Below, one piece after another: positions 12,715-25,010 of a stretch of 64,000 bases of DNA. The stretch's first letter is position 1. Each line of letters starts with the position of its first letter. Under the pieces are notes generated by a model. The model saw only the letters and a list, made by a program, of their open reading frames with translations, was not told where the DNA came from and did no database searches. Source of the stretch: Mobula hypostoma (lineage: Eukaryota); assembly GCF_963921235.1 (NCBI RefSeq), contig NC_086097.1:199580001-199644000 (forward strand), read 5' to 3'. A program made the translations under genes and the position numbers.

Positions 12715-14230
12715 CAGGTCCACAGCTGACACAATCTCACTGGCTTTCTACTATACATAGACAATAGCAAAACATACATCACTCTGCTCTTTATCAAATG
12801 CAGCTTGGCATCAGTGCAGATCAATAGTAACATCTCTTCTTCACCGATAGTCAACACAGACGCACCTCAGGATGCAAACTTAGCCCGCTTTTTTTACTCT
12901 CCAGCCCTTATCTGTATATTCGCATCACTGCTATTGGCAGAATCTCAGATGTCAAGGAGTAGGTAAAAATAAGTGAGGTTAATAAGCTACCTGAGTGATG
13001 TTGCAACAACAATCTCACGCACAATATCAGCAAGAGCGAGGAATTGGTTATGAATTTCAGGTAGGGAAGTTGGGAGAATACACACCAGTCCTCATTGAAG
13101 GGTCAGCAGTGGAAAGGATGAACAATTTCAACATATCATTGTATCCATGCTGGGCCCTATATATTGATGCAACCCATGAAGTAGATATATCTTCATTAGA
13201 CTTCCTTTCACTTGGAGGTTGAGGAGATTCAGTGTGACACCAAAGGCTCTTATACATTTCCATAAATGTATGGTGGAGACAATTCTGACTGGTTGCATCA
13301 CAATTGGTATGGAGGCTGCATTGCACAGGATTGAAAGGGGCTGCAGACAGTTGTAGACCCAGTCACCTCTGTAACAGGCATAACATTCATCACTATCAAG
13401 GACATTTTCAAGAGGTATGACTCAAAAAATTGACATCCATAATTAAGGGCCTTACCATCCAAGACGTGCCCTTTTCTCATTACTACCATCAGGAAGGAGG
13501 TGCAGGACACTAATACCCACACTCAGTTTCTTCCCCTCTGCCATCAGATTCCTGAATGATCCATGAATCTGTAAACTGTACCTCATCACTATGGTAGCAC
13601 AGAGGAGGTTCACCAGGTTGATTCCGGAGATGAGGGGGTTAGCCTATGATGAGAGATTGAGTCACCTGGAACTGTGCTCACTGGAATTCAGAAGGATGAG
13701 AAGTGATCTTATAGAAACATATAAAATTATGAAAGGGATAGATAAGACAGAGGCAGGAAAGTTGTTTCCACTGATAAGTGAGAATAGAACTAGTGGACAT
13801 AGCCTCAAGATTCGGGGGAGTAGATTTAGGACAGAGTTGAGGGGCAACTGCATTTCCCAGAGGGTGATGAATCTGGAATTCTCTGCCCAATGAAGCAATG
13901 GAGGCTACCTCAGTAAATTTATTTAACACAAGTTTGGATAGATCTTTGCATAGTAGGGGAATTAAGGGTTATGGGGAAAAGGGAAGTAGATGGAGATTAG
14001 TCCAGTCCCAGATCAGCCATGATCTTATTGAATGACGGAGCAGGCTCGACAGGCCAGATGGCCTACTCCTGCTCCTATTTCTTATGTTCTTATGTTCTCA
14101 TTATTCCTTTTCAGCATTATTATTTACCCTTGTATCTTGTATTAATTTTATGTCTCTGCATTGTACTGCTGCTGCAAAACAACAAATGTCATGTAATCTA
14201 AGTCAGTGATAATCAGCCTGATTCTGCTGC
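12715..14230 (+). mobile_element. Decayed Rex1/Babar-type LINE interrupted by CR1
   Basis: GEYTPVLIEGSAVERMNNF; 3' segment TTCTTCCCCTCTGCCATCAGA and CTGATTCTG tail shared with other Rex1 copies here. Confidence 0.7.
13591..14096 (+). mobile_element. 5'-truncated CR1 3' end
   Basis: QRRFTRLIPEMRGL and DLIETYKIMKG; (TCTTATGT)n tail. Confidence 0.9.
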
Positions 14231-15465
14231 AGTTACAGAGGAAGTGCAGTGCTGACAGACAAGGTAGATTGTAAGGTCAAGACTCTGGCTTATCATGCTA
14301 ATGGACATTCCATAGTCTTATAGCAGAAGGAGAAAAGCCATCCTTGAGCCTAGTGGCACTTTCAGGCTTTTATAGGGACGCAGGAGAAGAGAGGAGGTTC
14401 AAAGAGGGCAGTGTCTTTGATTATGCTTTACTGAGGCAGGAAGATGCGTAGAGTCCATGGAGGGGAAACACAAGGAAGACTGCAGATGCTGGAATGGAGT
14501 GACAACATATAAAAACAAACGCTGGAGGAACTCAGCAGGTCAAGATGAAAATGAACAATCAACGTTTTAGATCAAGACCCTTCATCGGGATTGGAAAGTA
14601 AGTAGGCACACACCAGGAAAAAATGGAGGCGGCGAGGGAGAGGAACACGAGCTGGAGGGTGATATGTGGATCTATTTGAAAGGGGAAAGATGGACATGGG
14701 GGGGTGGAGATGAGGACGATGTGAGAAGCAGGGAGGAGTTAGAAAGCAGAGGCAAAGAGCTGAATAAGATGTAATCTGGTAAAAGAGGACAGTGGACCTT
14801 GGAATAAAGGGAAGGAAGTGGGGAATCAGAGAGAGGAAGGTATGGGTAAAGGTGTGGATAAAGGCAGAGCATGATGGCAGTGCAGGAGAAAGAGAAGGGG
14901 AAATGGGCTCAGAGGGATAAAGGAAATCAAAGGGAGGGTGGTGAGGAAAACAGAAGGAAAAGCATACCAGAATTTAGGGAAATTGATGTTGATGTCATCA
15001 GCGTGAAGACTACTAAGAAGGAATATGAGGTGTAGTTCCTTTAACCTGTAATTAGCCTTACTGGGCAGTAGAGAGGCTGTGGACAGATATGACAGTGTGG
15101 GAATGGGAAGTGGAATTAAAATAACTGGCCATGGGGAAGTTATTTTCTGTGAAGTTATTTTCTGTGATGTACTGAGCCATGTCCACAACTCCCTGCAGTT
15201 TCTTACAGGCATGGCAGAGTAATTGCCATAACAAGCTGTGATGTGTCTGGATAGGATGCTTTTTTTTATGGTTCATTATTAAAATTTAGTAAGGGTCAAA
15301 GTGGACATGCAAATTTCTTTAGCCTCCTAAGAAACTAAAGGCACTGGTGAGTTTTCTTGGCCATGGTTGGACCAAAGCAGATTATTGATGATATTCACTC
15401 TTAAGAACGTGAAGCTCTTAAATTCAGTGCTGTTGATGCAAACAGGAGCGTGTGCACCCCCCACA
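14230..15465 (-). mobile_element. Decayed Rex1-type LINE interrupted by Penelope fragment
   Basis: Similar to 28080-28620 on both sides of 14467-15140; KKLQGVVDMAQYIT. Confidence 0.65.
14467..15140 (-). mobile_element. Penelope-like element 3' end (GIY-YIG C-terminus, pyrimidine-rich UTR, pLTR with degenerate hammerhead)
   Basis: PMASYFNSTSHSH then RLKELHLIFLLSSLHADDININF, resembling the HFN..LEE.HLIF.L..L...G.N end of PLE ORFs; terminal unit resembles the 7140 element. Confidence 0.8.
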
Positions 15466-16106
15466 TTCAGAGGTCAAATACACCATCAGAAGTGGTGAAG
15501 CAATAATTTTAAGGGATCAGAGAATGGTGAGAGGCAATAGAAGATTTGAAAACAAAGAGTAATTCCCAGGTAAATAGGGTAGTGTGTGTTAGGCACAGGC
15601 AGCAGAAGAAAGAATGAATTTTACTGGAGAAAGGAATGAAAGTGGCTAGATGGGATAGTGTTTAGATAGTCTCAAGATTAGTTTAACAGCAAGTAGCAGA
15701 GGCAGAAACTGATTAGGATGATGCATTGGAAGTAGAAGAATCTGGTCATTGACTGCAGGGTATCTGATCCCCTCAGGATAAAGTATAGTACCAAAGATAT
15801 GAAGAATCTGCTTAAGATTCTGACCACTTCTAAAGCAAGGAGGGTAGAGAGCACAGCTCATGACAGCAACTGTTCATAACAGGATTTTCTGTTCTGAATT
15901 TCAGAAGTTTGCATTCTACATCTGCAACTGACTGTAAAATATTATATACAGGCACTTATTCTATATTTCCAAGTCTGTTGTGAGTGTATGTTTGCTTTTA
16001 CGTGCACAATATGGCTGTGCATTGAATAGATAAACTCTTGAATTGTATATCATATAAGAGATGATGTGAATTGATAGTAGTGGTATACCCAATAAATTGA
16101 ACTGGC

Positions 16107-17040
16107 TTTTTTTCTTACATCCTTCACATATATGAGGAGTAAAAATCTTTACATTATGTCTCTATCTAAATGTGCAATGCGCAATCATAGTAATTTATAA
16201 TAACTTATAATAAATAGAACAGTCAATGTAATATAGAGTACACTCAAATCAGCATGAGTTCATCAGTCTGATGGCCTGGTGGAAGAAGCTGTCCTGGAGC
16301 CTGTTGGTCCTGGCTTTTATGCTGTGGTACCGCTTCCCAGATGGTAGCAGCTGGAATAGATTGTGGTTGGGATGGCTTGGGTCCCCAATGATCCTACGGG
16401 CCCCTTTCACACACTTGTCCTTGTAAATGTTCTGAACCATGGGAAATTCACAACTACAGATGCGCTGGGCTGTCCGCACCACTCTCTGCAGAGTCCTGCG
16501 ATTAAGGGAGGTACAGTTCCCATACCAGGCAGTGATGCAGCCAGTCAGGATGCTCTCAATTATGCCCCTGTAGAAAGTTCTTAGGATTTGGGGGCCCATA
16601 CCATACTTCCTCAACTATCTGAGGTGAAAGAGATGTTGTTGTGCCTTTTTCACCACGCAGCTGGTGTGTACAGATCACGTGAGGTCCTCGGTGATGTGGA
16701 TGCCGAGGAACTTGAAGCTCTTCACTCTCATCAACCCCAGATCCATTGATGTCAATAGGGGTTAGCCCGTCTCCATTCCTCCTGTGATCCACAACCAGCG
16801 CATTTGTTTTTGCCACATTGAGGGAGAGTTTGTTTTCTTGACACCACTGTGTCAGAGAGATGACTTCTTTCCTGTAGGCCACCTCATTATTGTTTGAGAT
16901 AGCGTTGTGTCGTTGGCAAATTTAATTAGCAGATTGGAGTTGTGGGTGGTGATACAGTCAAGGGTATACAGGGAATAAAGGAGGGGACTCGGTACGCAGC
17001 CCTGAGGGGCTCCATACAGAGTCAGAGGGTTAGAGGAGAG
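16107..17040 (-). mobile_element. Rex1/Babar-type LINE, 5'-truncated, relatively young
   Basis: [49 protein letters not shown] and RLQDSFFHQAIRLMN. Confidence 0.92.
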
Positions 17041-17379
17041 GAACATAATGTTGCGAAATTATTTCTGCTGTGTGCTAGAGGGTGAACAGTTTAGATCTGA
17101 AGCAAACTAGAAAGGAAGTAAACTGCACAGCCCCTTTGAGCAATTTGTGTAAAATGTGATAATTCCCCCAATCACTGTTTATCTGTGTCTTGAAGCATAA
17201 ACAGAAAAATGGTACACTTGGTTGTTAAATTCACTTGATGATGAATGTTGATTTCAGGCTTAAATTCTAAGCCACAAAAGACTGATCCTTCCTTATTTTG
17301 TTTTTTCCTTTGGTAGACTGCATTATTGTATTTAAGTAATCAGATTTATTTTTCATGTATATACCCTTCTGCGTTTTTC

Positions 17380-18550
17380 ACGAACATAAATATCTACCTG
17401 ATTATGTATCTTCATTTTACATTTGTCATCTGCCAGATCATATTACCATCAATGCATACTTTGGACGAACAAGCCTGTTCCACAGAATTCACCAAATGGA
17501 CCACAACAATTCAAGAAGTCACCTCAGTTATCTTCTCCATCAGTCAAATGCAGATTAATTTTAATAGAAGAAGTTGGGAAGAAAGATGACGTTCTTAGTG
17601 TTCAAATATACTTCTCATTAAGAAATCCATCCATTTCCTTGTCTTATATCTGTTGGTTTGAGTTGATTCAACGCACACGATTGTGGCTGTGACTAAGACT
17701 TGGAATGTAATTCCCAAAAATAAATTTAAAATATTGAATTAATCCACTTTCTAACTGAAAATAAAGAAAACATGATTGTTCACAATGGAAAAGGAAAATG
17801 TAGGTATATTTTGTGTTCCATTAGGTTAACCATCTTGGACCAAAATCACAATCTCTACATCCAATGCCAACGTCACTCCTTTGATTGTGAGGCATCTTAG
17901 GATCATGATAATGTTCCAGTCCACTTTCTCTAAAGTAAAATAATGATGTTCTCTGTCCAACTCATTCATTCCTCTACTAGAGGTGCACATTGGCTGCAGT
18001 GTCCACCATCTATAAAATGCACCACGGTTGTTCACCCAGGTCACTGCATCAACTCCGAAAACAACAAAACCTCCACCATTAAGCACTAGGGCGTTTGTGC
18101 TCGAAAGCACCACTACCTGCAGGTTTTCTTCCATATATACACTGTGCTAATTCGGAATTGTATCACTGCGCCTTTATTGTTGCTTTGTCTCAATGCTGGT
18201 ACTGCTTCTGTAACAGTATTGTTCACGTTTAAGTTTATTGTCACTTAGCGGAAAACATGTATACTGCCAAATAAAACAACATTCCTCCATCCAAGATGCA
18301 CAACACAATACATATAACTCACACACAACACATAGAGTAATATTACCATAAATAAATTAACAAATAATGAAATATATTCTAGTGGAAGTATTTTCACCAA
18401 GAATACTACAGCTAACGATGTAGGTGGTTCAATTCATATAAATATGAATATCACTACATGTCTTCACTTTACATTTGTCACGGTAGATCTCACCACCATC
18501 AATGCACTCATTTGGCAAGCAAATCTGGTTCACCAAGACAACAGTTTAGG
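17380..18550. repeat. Diverged direct repeat pair (about 17380-17510 and 18430-18550)
   Basis: Shared core TCTTCA(C)TTTTACATTTGTCA..AGATC..ACCATCAATGCA..TTTGG. Confidence 0.65.
17900..18225 (+). mobile_element. Ancient LINE 3' region (family uncertain)
   Basis: CACCACTACCTGCAGGTTTTCTTCCA-type segment; related sequence at about 51600-51860. Confidence 0.45.
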
Positions 18551-18679
18551 GAGACATCTCATGACAGTCTTTCCAAGAGCAACATGGGAATAAATAATGA
18601 CCTTACCAGATCTCACAACATGAGTAAATAAAACAGCAACAAGATCAGTTTCTGGACATCACTGTATAGCTCTCTAAAG

Positions 18680-20570
18680 CAGGGGTTAAGGATGACAGAA
18701 GTGAAGGTAGGACCGATTAGAGATAAAGGTGGGAAGATGTGTCTGGAGGCTGTGGAAGTGAGCGAGGTCCTCAATGAATACTTCTCTTCAGTATTCACCA
18801 ATGAGAGGGAACTTGATGATGGTGAGGACAATATGAGTGAGGTTGATGTTCTGGAGCATGTTGATATTAAGGGAGAGGAGGTGTTGGACTTGTTAAAATA
18901 CATTAGGACAGATAAGTCCCCGGGGCCTGACGGAATATTCCCCAGGCTGCTCCATGAGGCGAGGGAAGAGATTGCTGAGCCTCTGGCTAGGAACTTTATG
19001 TCCTCGTTGTCCACGGGAATAGTACTGGGGGATTGGAGGGAGGCGAATGTTGTCCCCTTGTTCAAAAAAGGTAATAGGGATAGTCCGGGTAATTATAGAC
19101 CAGTGAGCCTTACGTCTGTGGTGGGAAAGCTGTTGGAAAAGATTCTTAGAGATAGGATCTATGGGCATTTAGAGAATCATGGTCTGATCAGGGATAGTCA
19201 GCATGGCTTTGTGAAGGGCAGATCATGTCTAACAAGTCTGATAGAGTTCTTTGAGGAGGTGACCAGGCATATAGATGAGGGTAATGCGGTGGATGTGATC
19301 TATATGGATTTTAGTAAGGCATTTGACAAGGTTCCACATGGTAGGCTTATTCAGAAAGTCAGAAGGCTTGGGATCCAGGGAAGTTTGGCCAGGTGGATTC
19401 AGAACTGGCTTGCCTGCAGAAGGCAGAGGGTTGTGGTGGAGGGAGTATATTCAGATTGGAGGATTGTGACTAGTGGCATCCCACAAGGATCTGTTCTGGA
19501 ACTTCTACTTTTCGTGATTTTTATTAATGACCCGGATGTGGGGGTAGAAGGGTGGGTTGGCAAGTTTGCAGATGACACAAAGGTTGGTGTTGTAGATAGT
19601 GTAGAGGATTGTCAGAGATTGCAGAGAGACATTGATAGGATGCAGGAGTGGGCTGAGAAGTGGCAGATGGAGTTGAACTCGGAGAAATGTGAGGTGGTAC
19701 ATTTTGGAAGGACAAAGTCCAAACCAGAGTACAAAGTAAATGGCAGGATACTTAGTAGTGTGGAAGAGCAGAGGAATCTGGGGTTTCATGTCGACAGATC
19801 CCTGAAAGTTGTCTCACAGGTGGATAGGATAGTTAAGAAAGCTTATGGGGTGTTAACTTTCATAAGTCGAGGGATAGAGTTCAAGAGTCGCGATGTAATG
19901 ATGCAGCTCTATAAAACTCTGGTTAGGCCACAATTGGAGTACTGTGTCCAGTTCTGGTCGCCTCACTATAGGAAGGATGTGGAAGCATTGGAAAGGGTAC
20001 AGAGGAGATTTACCAGGATGCTGCCTGGTTTAGAGAGTATGCATTCTGATCAGAGATTAAGGGAGCTAGGGCTTTACTCTTTGGAGAGAAGGAGGATGAG
20101 AGGAGACATGATAGAGGTGTGCAAGATAATAAGAGGAATAGATAGAGTGGATAGCCAGTGCCTCTTCCCCAGGGCACCACTGCTCAATACAAGAGGACAT
20201 GGCTTTAAGGTAAGGGGTGGGAAGTTCAAGGGGGATATTAGAGGAAGGTTTTTTACTCAGAGAGTGGTTGGTGCGTGGAAGCACTTCCTGAGTCAGTGGT
20301 GGAGGCATATACACTCCTGAAGTTTAAGAGACTACTAGACAGGTATATGGAGGAATTTAAGGTGGAGGGGGTTATATGGGAGGCAGGGTTTGAGGGTCGG
20401 CACAACTCTGTGGGCCAAAGGGCCTGTAATGTGCTGTACTATTCTATGTTCTATGTTCAACAACGTAATTTAGAAAAGTTCAAGAAAAAAAGGGGTTCCC
20501 AAGCTGGGGTCCACAGACCCCTCGGTTAATGGTAGGGGTCCATAGCATAAAAAAAGTTGGGAACCCCTTG
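18680..20570. mobile_element. hAT-type MITE split by CR1 insertion
   Basis: TIRs CAGGGGTTCCCAA and TTGGGAACCCCTTG; flanks CTCTAAAG (18672-18679) and CTCTAAGT (20571-20578); uninterrupted relative at 42509-42588. Confidence 0.75.
18688..20490 (+). mobile_element. CR1 LINE, 5'-truncated, RT frame open for 542 aa
   Basis: ORF 18692-20320 with DFSKAFDKVPH, GIPQGS and KFADDTK; (TTCTATG)n tail; AGGGGTT duplicated at 18681-18687 and 20491-20497. Confidence 0.95.
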
Positions 20571-21139
20571 CTCTAAGTTTTCTGAGCTTTACAGTCATAG
20601 AAATTAGTTCAGATTATACTGTCCTGAAAGCCCTATCGAGGATTATCTCTTCTAGTTTGCTCACACCTGCACATAACTGGGCTGTATGTAAAAAGTCCAC
20701 CTCACTGCTCTGTGCATCATGGAAGCCAGTGGTGTGGTCTAACCGATCCATGAGCTTCAGGTTTCATTATGTAGAGCACTCACCCCTAAACATTACTGAT
20801 GACTGGTAAAGTTGGCAAAAGGGGAGGATTTTACCAGCTATAAAATTAATTGAATATTAATAGTTTTAACTGCATTGGGAATTTAAAATGAAGTCAATAA
20901 TTTTTTTAAAAATTAGTAAATGCAACAAACATTGTTTTCCCTTTCCCATTGCCTTCTATCTTCATTTTTTCAATCCCTAATAAAATCACTGTGTCTCTGT
21001 CCTGCACCAGGTCAGGTGTGTTAAGCATCCAAGAGGTGATTCTCCCTGGTTAACATCTCACATCTGGTAATAATTCTCAGATATCAACATTTCACTGAAG
21101 TTTGGGACTTAGTTTAGTTTTGAACAATTGAGCAAAGGT

Positions 21140-21615
21140 CGAAGTCAAAAAGTAAAATTTATTGACAGAGTGCATACATGTAACCACATAAAACCCTGAG
21201 ATTCTTTTTCTACGGGCATCCTTAGCAAATCTATAGAATAGTAACTGTAAACAGGATCAATGGACAACAAACTATGCAAGTGCAGATATAAATAAATAGC
21301 AATAAATAACGAGCATGAAATAACAAGATAAAGAATCCTTAAATGAGTGTAGTTATTCCCCTTTGATCAAGAGCCTGATGGTTAAGAGGTAGTAACTGTT
21401 CTTCAACCTGAGGTGCACTCGTACCTTTTACCTGACGGAAGCAGCAAGAAGAGACCATAACCAGGGTGGTGAGGATCCTTGATAATGGATGCTGCTTTCC
21501 TACAGCAATGTTTCATGTAGATGTCCTCAGTGGTTAGAGTTAGTGCTGGGCCGAATCCATCTCCTTTTGTAGGATTTTCCACTCAAGGGCATTGGTGTTC
21601 CCATACCAGCATGTA
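21140..21615 (-). mobile_element. Rex1-type LINE 3' end
   Basis: Reverse complement of the 3' region seen at 61200-61795. Confidence 0.75.
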
Positions 21616-22582
21616 AAGTTAAATAGCAAAGTTAATTAAAATCAATGCAAAAGTCAATATGAATCTCACCCATTGCAGTAGGAAGGGAAAGTGTGATGAG
21701 AAAAGCATAAAGCACAGGGATGATAAAAGCACTGAAATGTCAGAAAAACTGAAAATATTGAAAACACTTAATAGACAGGCAGCTGCTGTGGAGATAGAAA
21801 AAACACTTCAGTCAATCATCCAAAGCATTGACTGGCTGATCCTTAACTTCTTCATCGGGAGGCCACGATCTCCTCCTCACTGACAATCAACACGGGTGCA
21901 GTTCAGGGATGAGTGCTTAGATCATCGTCCTACTCTCTCTACGCACGTGACCACGTGGCGAGGCACAGCTCAAACATCACCTATAACTTTGCAGATGACA
22001 CAATTATTGTTGGCAGAATTTTAGATGGTGACAAGGAGGAGTGAGATAATCGGTTGATTGAGTGGTTTTCACAGCAACCTTGCCCTCTATGTCAGTAAGA
22101 CAAGGAAATGATTACGGACTGCAGGGGAAGTTGACGGAACACACACCAATCGTTATTGGGGGATCAGCAGTGGAAAGGGTGAGCAGTTTCAAGTTCCTGG
22201 TGTTAACATCTTTGAAGATCCATCCTAGGCCCAACATATTGGTGCATTTACAAGGAAAGCATGACAAAGGCTATAATTCATTAGATTTGTTATGCGATCA
22301 AGGACTCTAGCAAATTTCTACAGATGTACCATGGAGAGCATTCTAAGTAGCTGTATCACCATCTGGTATGGAGGGACCTCTCCACAGCATGAAAACGATG
22401 CAGAAAGTTCTAGACTTAGCCAGCTCCATCATGAGCACTAGCCCCTCCAGCATTGAGAACTCCTGCACAAAGGCATCATCACCCAGGACAAGCCCTCCTC
22501 CCATTGCTACCATCAAGGGGGAGGTATAGGAGCCTGAAAGCACACACTCAAAGTTTTAGGAACAGCTTCAAATCAAATCAAA

Positions 22583-22805
22583 GCAATACACACAAAATGC
22601 TGGGGAAACTCAGTAGGTCAGGTAGCATTTATGTAAAAGATTACTGTCGACTTTGTAGGCTGAGACCCTTCACCAGGACTTATCAGGATTGAAACATTGA
22701 CTGTACTCTTTCCCATAGATGCTACCTGGCCTGCTAAGTTCTTCCAGCACTTTGTGTGTGTTGCTTGGATTTCCAGAAACTGCAAATTTTCTCTTGCATG
22801 TGATT
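22583..22805. mobile_element. Older Penelope-derived inverted-duplication element
   Basis: Diverged inverted arms homologous to the 7140 element; degenerate hammerhead CCTGGTGAAGGGTCTCAGCC on minus strand. Confidence 0.75.
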
Positions 22806-23389
22806 GCAAATGAAATCAAATCAGGTTTAATGATCATTCAAACCATACATAGATGCAGTAGAACAAGACAGCATTCCTCTGGCCAAAGGGCAAAACATTC
22901 AAAATAGCAAGCAAACATTCAAAAATAGCAAGTAACATAATTCAAAATATCAAGCAAAGAAGCATATTCACTTTAAAAAAATATATATATATAGTCCAAA
23001 ACCATGAGCGACAACGTCCAGCAATCGACGGTACAGTCTCAGGGCTGTATACAGATGCACACAATCCAGCCTGACATTCCACTGTTCGAACATGGGAGGG
23101 CCATGTTGCTGCGCTTCCGTGTCTCTCACCTGGTCTGCAGAAGCAGGCAAGCCAAGGCTTGAGGCCTAGTTCTCACTACAACAGAGGCTACGCAGCTCCC
23201 ATGCCAACCGTCTTTCCACCAGTCAAGGGTAACAGGCCTATGGCAGCTTACATTATCACTGTCCAAAAGAGTGTTGCGATCACAAGTGAAATGTCTGAGA
23301 CTATCCCCCACAGTCATACTGCACCAACTCTGATGCATCCAAGTAGCGGGCAGAAACACGGTCTTCAACGAGCTCTGCTCCTCTGTACC

Positions 23390-24200
23390 TAAACCAGCTC
23401 CTCCAATATCCTATCTGGCTTCTCCAATATTCATACCAGCTTCTCCAATATCTCAACCGGCTCCTCCAATATCTCAACCGGCTCCTCCGATATCCCATCC
23501 GGCTTCTCCAATATCCCAACCAGCTCCTCCGATATCCCAGCCAGCTCCTCCAATATTCCATCCGGCTTCTCCGATATCCATACCAGCTCCTCCAATATCC
23601 CAACCGGCTCCTCCGATATCCCAACCGGCTTCTCCGATATCCCAACCGGCTCCTCCGATATCTCAACCGGCTCCTCCAATATCCCATCCAGCTTCTCCAA
23701 TATCCATACCAGCTCCTTCGATATCCCAACCAGCTTCTCCGATATCCCAACCAACTCCTCCGATATCCATACCAGCTCCTCCGATATCCCAACCGGCTCC
23801 TCCGATATCCCATCCGGCTCCTCCGATATCCCATCCGGCTTCTCCGATATCCATACCAGCTCCTCCGATATCCCAACTGGCTCCTCCGATATCCCAACCG
23901 GCTTCTCCGATATCCCAACCAGCTCCTCCGATATCCATACCAGCTCCTTCGATATCCCAACCGGCTTCTCCGATATCCCAACCGGCTCCTCCGATATCCC
24001 AACCGGCTTCTCCAATATCCCAACCGGCTCCTCCGATATCCCAACGGGCTCCTCCAATATCCCAACAGGCTCCTCTGATATCCATACCAGCTCCTCCAAT
24101 ATCTCAACCAGCTTCTGCAATATCCCAGCCGGCTCCTCCAATATCCGTACCAGCTCCTTTGACACCTCAGCCGACTCCTTCGACACCTCGGCTGGCTCCG
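23390..24200. repeat. 21-bp minisatellite, about 38 units (CCRGCTCCTCCGATATCCCAA)
   Basis: Tandem array; gives 7-aa periodic ORFs (EEPVGIS, YRRSRLG). Confidence 0.97.
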
Positions 24201-24631
24201 TTACCGACACAAGTCCAGCTACTCCGATCAACGAGCAGCTCACTGTTGGAGTAGGCTGCAGTACCTGAAGTTCTAGGAATAGAATTGTCTTTGGATTGTA
24301 AAAAACACATTTTACAAAGAAAAAAAATCACCAATAGTTAGCCCACAAGAGGCCACTACGTTCACACGTGCTGCCATTTTCCCCTCTGCCACCAGATTTC
24401 CAAACGGCCAATGAACCTATGCGCAGTGCCTCACAATTATTTTTGCTCTCTTTTCACACTACTTATTTCATTTAATTTTTTACATATTTCTTATTGTAAT
24501 TTGTAGTTTTTAAATTATGCATTGCACTAAACTCCAATTTGTACAACAAATTCACAAAATATGCCAGTGATATTAAACCTGATTCTGCTTCTGGTACTTG
24601 TGGGGAGATTGATGCATGGGCAGTCACCGTA

Positions 24632-25010
24632 CAATCAAATCAGATCAGCCAAATCAAGTTTAATTGTCGTTCAAACCGCACATGGATACAGCCGAACGAG
24701 ACAGCGTTCCTCTGGGGCAAAGGTACAAAAACATACATGCCCATTCAAAATAGCGAGAAGGAAAAAACATTATTGCATAAGAAAACACATTCTCTTCAAC
24801 ACACTTACTCCACATACAGTCCTTGATGGATCAGGGTCAGGGTCCAGCGGCATGAGAGCAAGATGAATGGAGACCCTTCACTGCAGCAGCCGTCCTCCAC
24901 CTTCACTGCGGTGATGTGTCATCATCTTCCACCAGCTCCTCTGTCGAGGGCTTGGCTGGATCGCTCTTTGTCTGGAACCTCCCTCTTGACCTTACTGCCA
25001 TGAGCGACCC
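24632..25010 (-). mobile_element. Second copy of non-coding element 3' end
   Basis: AAATCAAGTTTAATTGTCGTTCAAACC..AGACAGCGTTCCTCTGG matches 22813-22890. Confidence 0.6.

Larger units (their letters stand above)
22570..24380 (-). mobile_element. Non-coding LINE-dependent element with (TTTGA)n tail, containing minisatellite
   Basis: Tail AAATCAAATC; 3' segment 22813-22905 resembles 24632-24750; no RT ORF; cleanly interrupts the Rex1 copy. Confidence 0.65.
21810..24590 (+). mobile_element. Rex1-type LINE interrupted at 22570-24380
   Basis: TTTGCAGATGACACA (FADDT) and HTPIVIGGSAVERVSSFKFL; AGGAACAGCTTC at 22558-22569 resumes as TTCCCCTCTGCC near 24379. Confidence 0.85.

Noticed and set aside
18692..20320. 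Functional RT gene; same 542-aa length as the first ORF
   Set aside because: 5'-truncated CR1 without endonuclease and with a terminal frameshift; equal length is coincidence between different subfamilies.
23390..24200. CRISPR-like array
   Set aside because: Units are contiguous with no unique spacers, there are no cas genes, and the context is eukaryotic.
23301..24243. 268-, 270- and 140-aa repetitive ORFs as a novel protein
   Set aside because: Produced by a stop-poor 21-bp minisatellite open in several frames at once.
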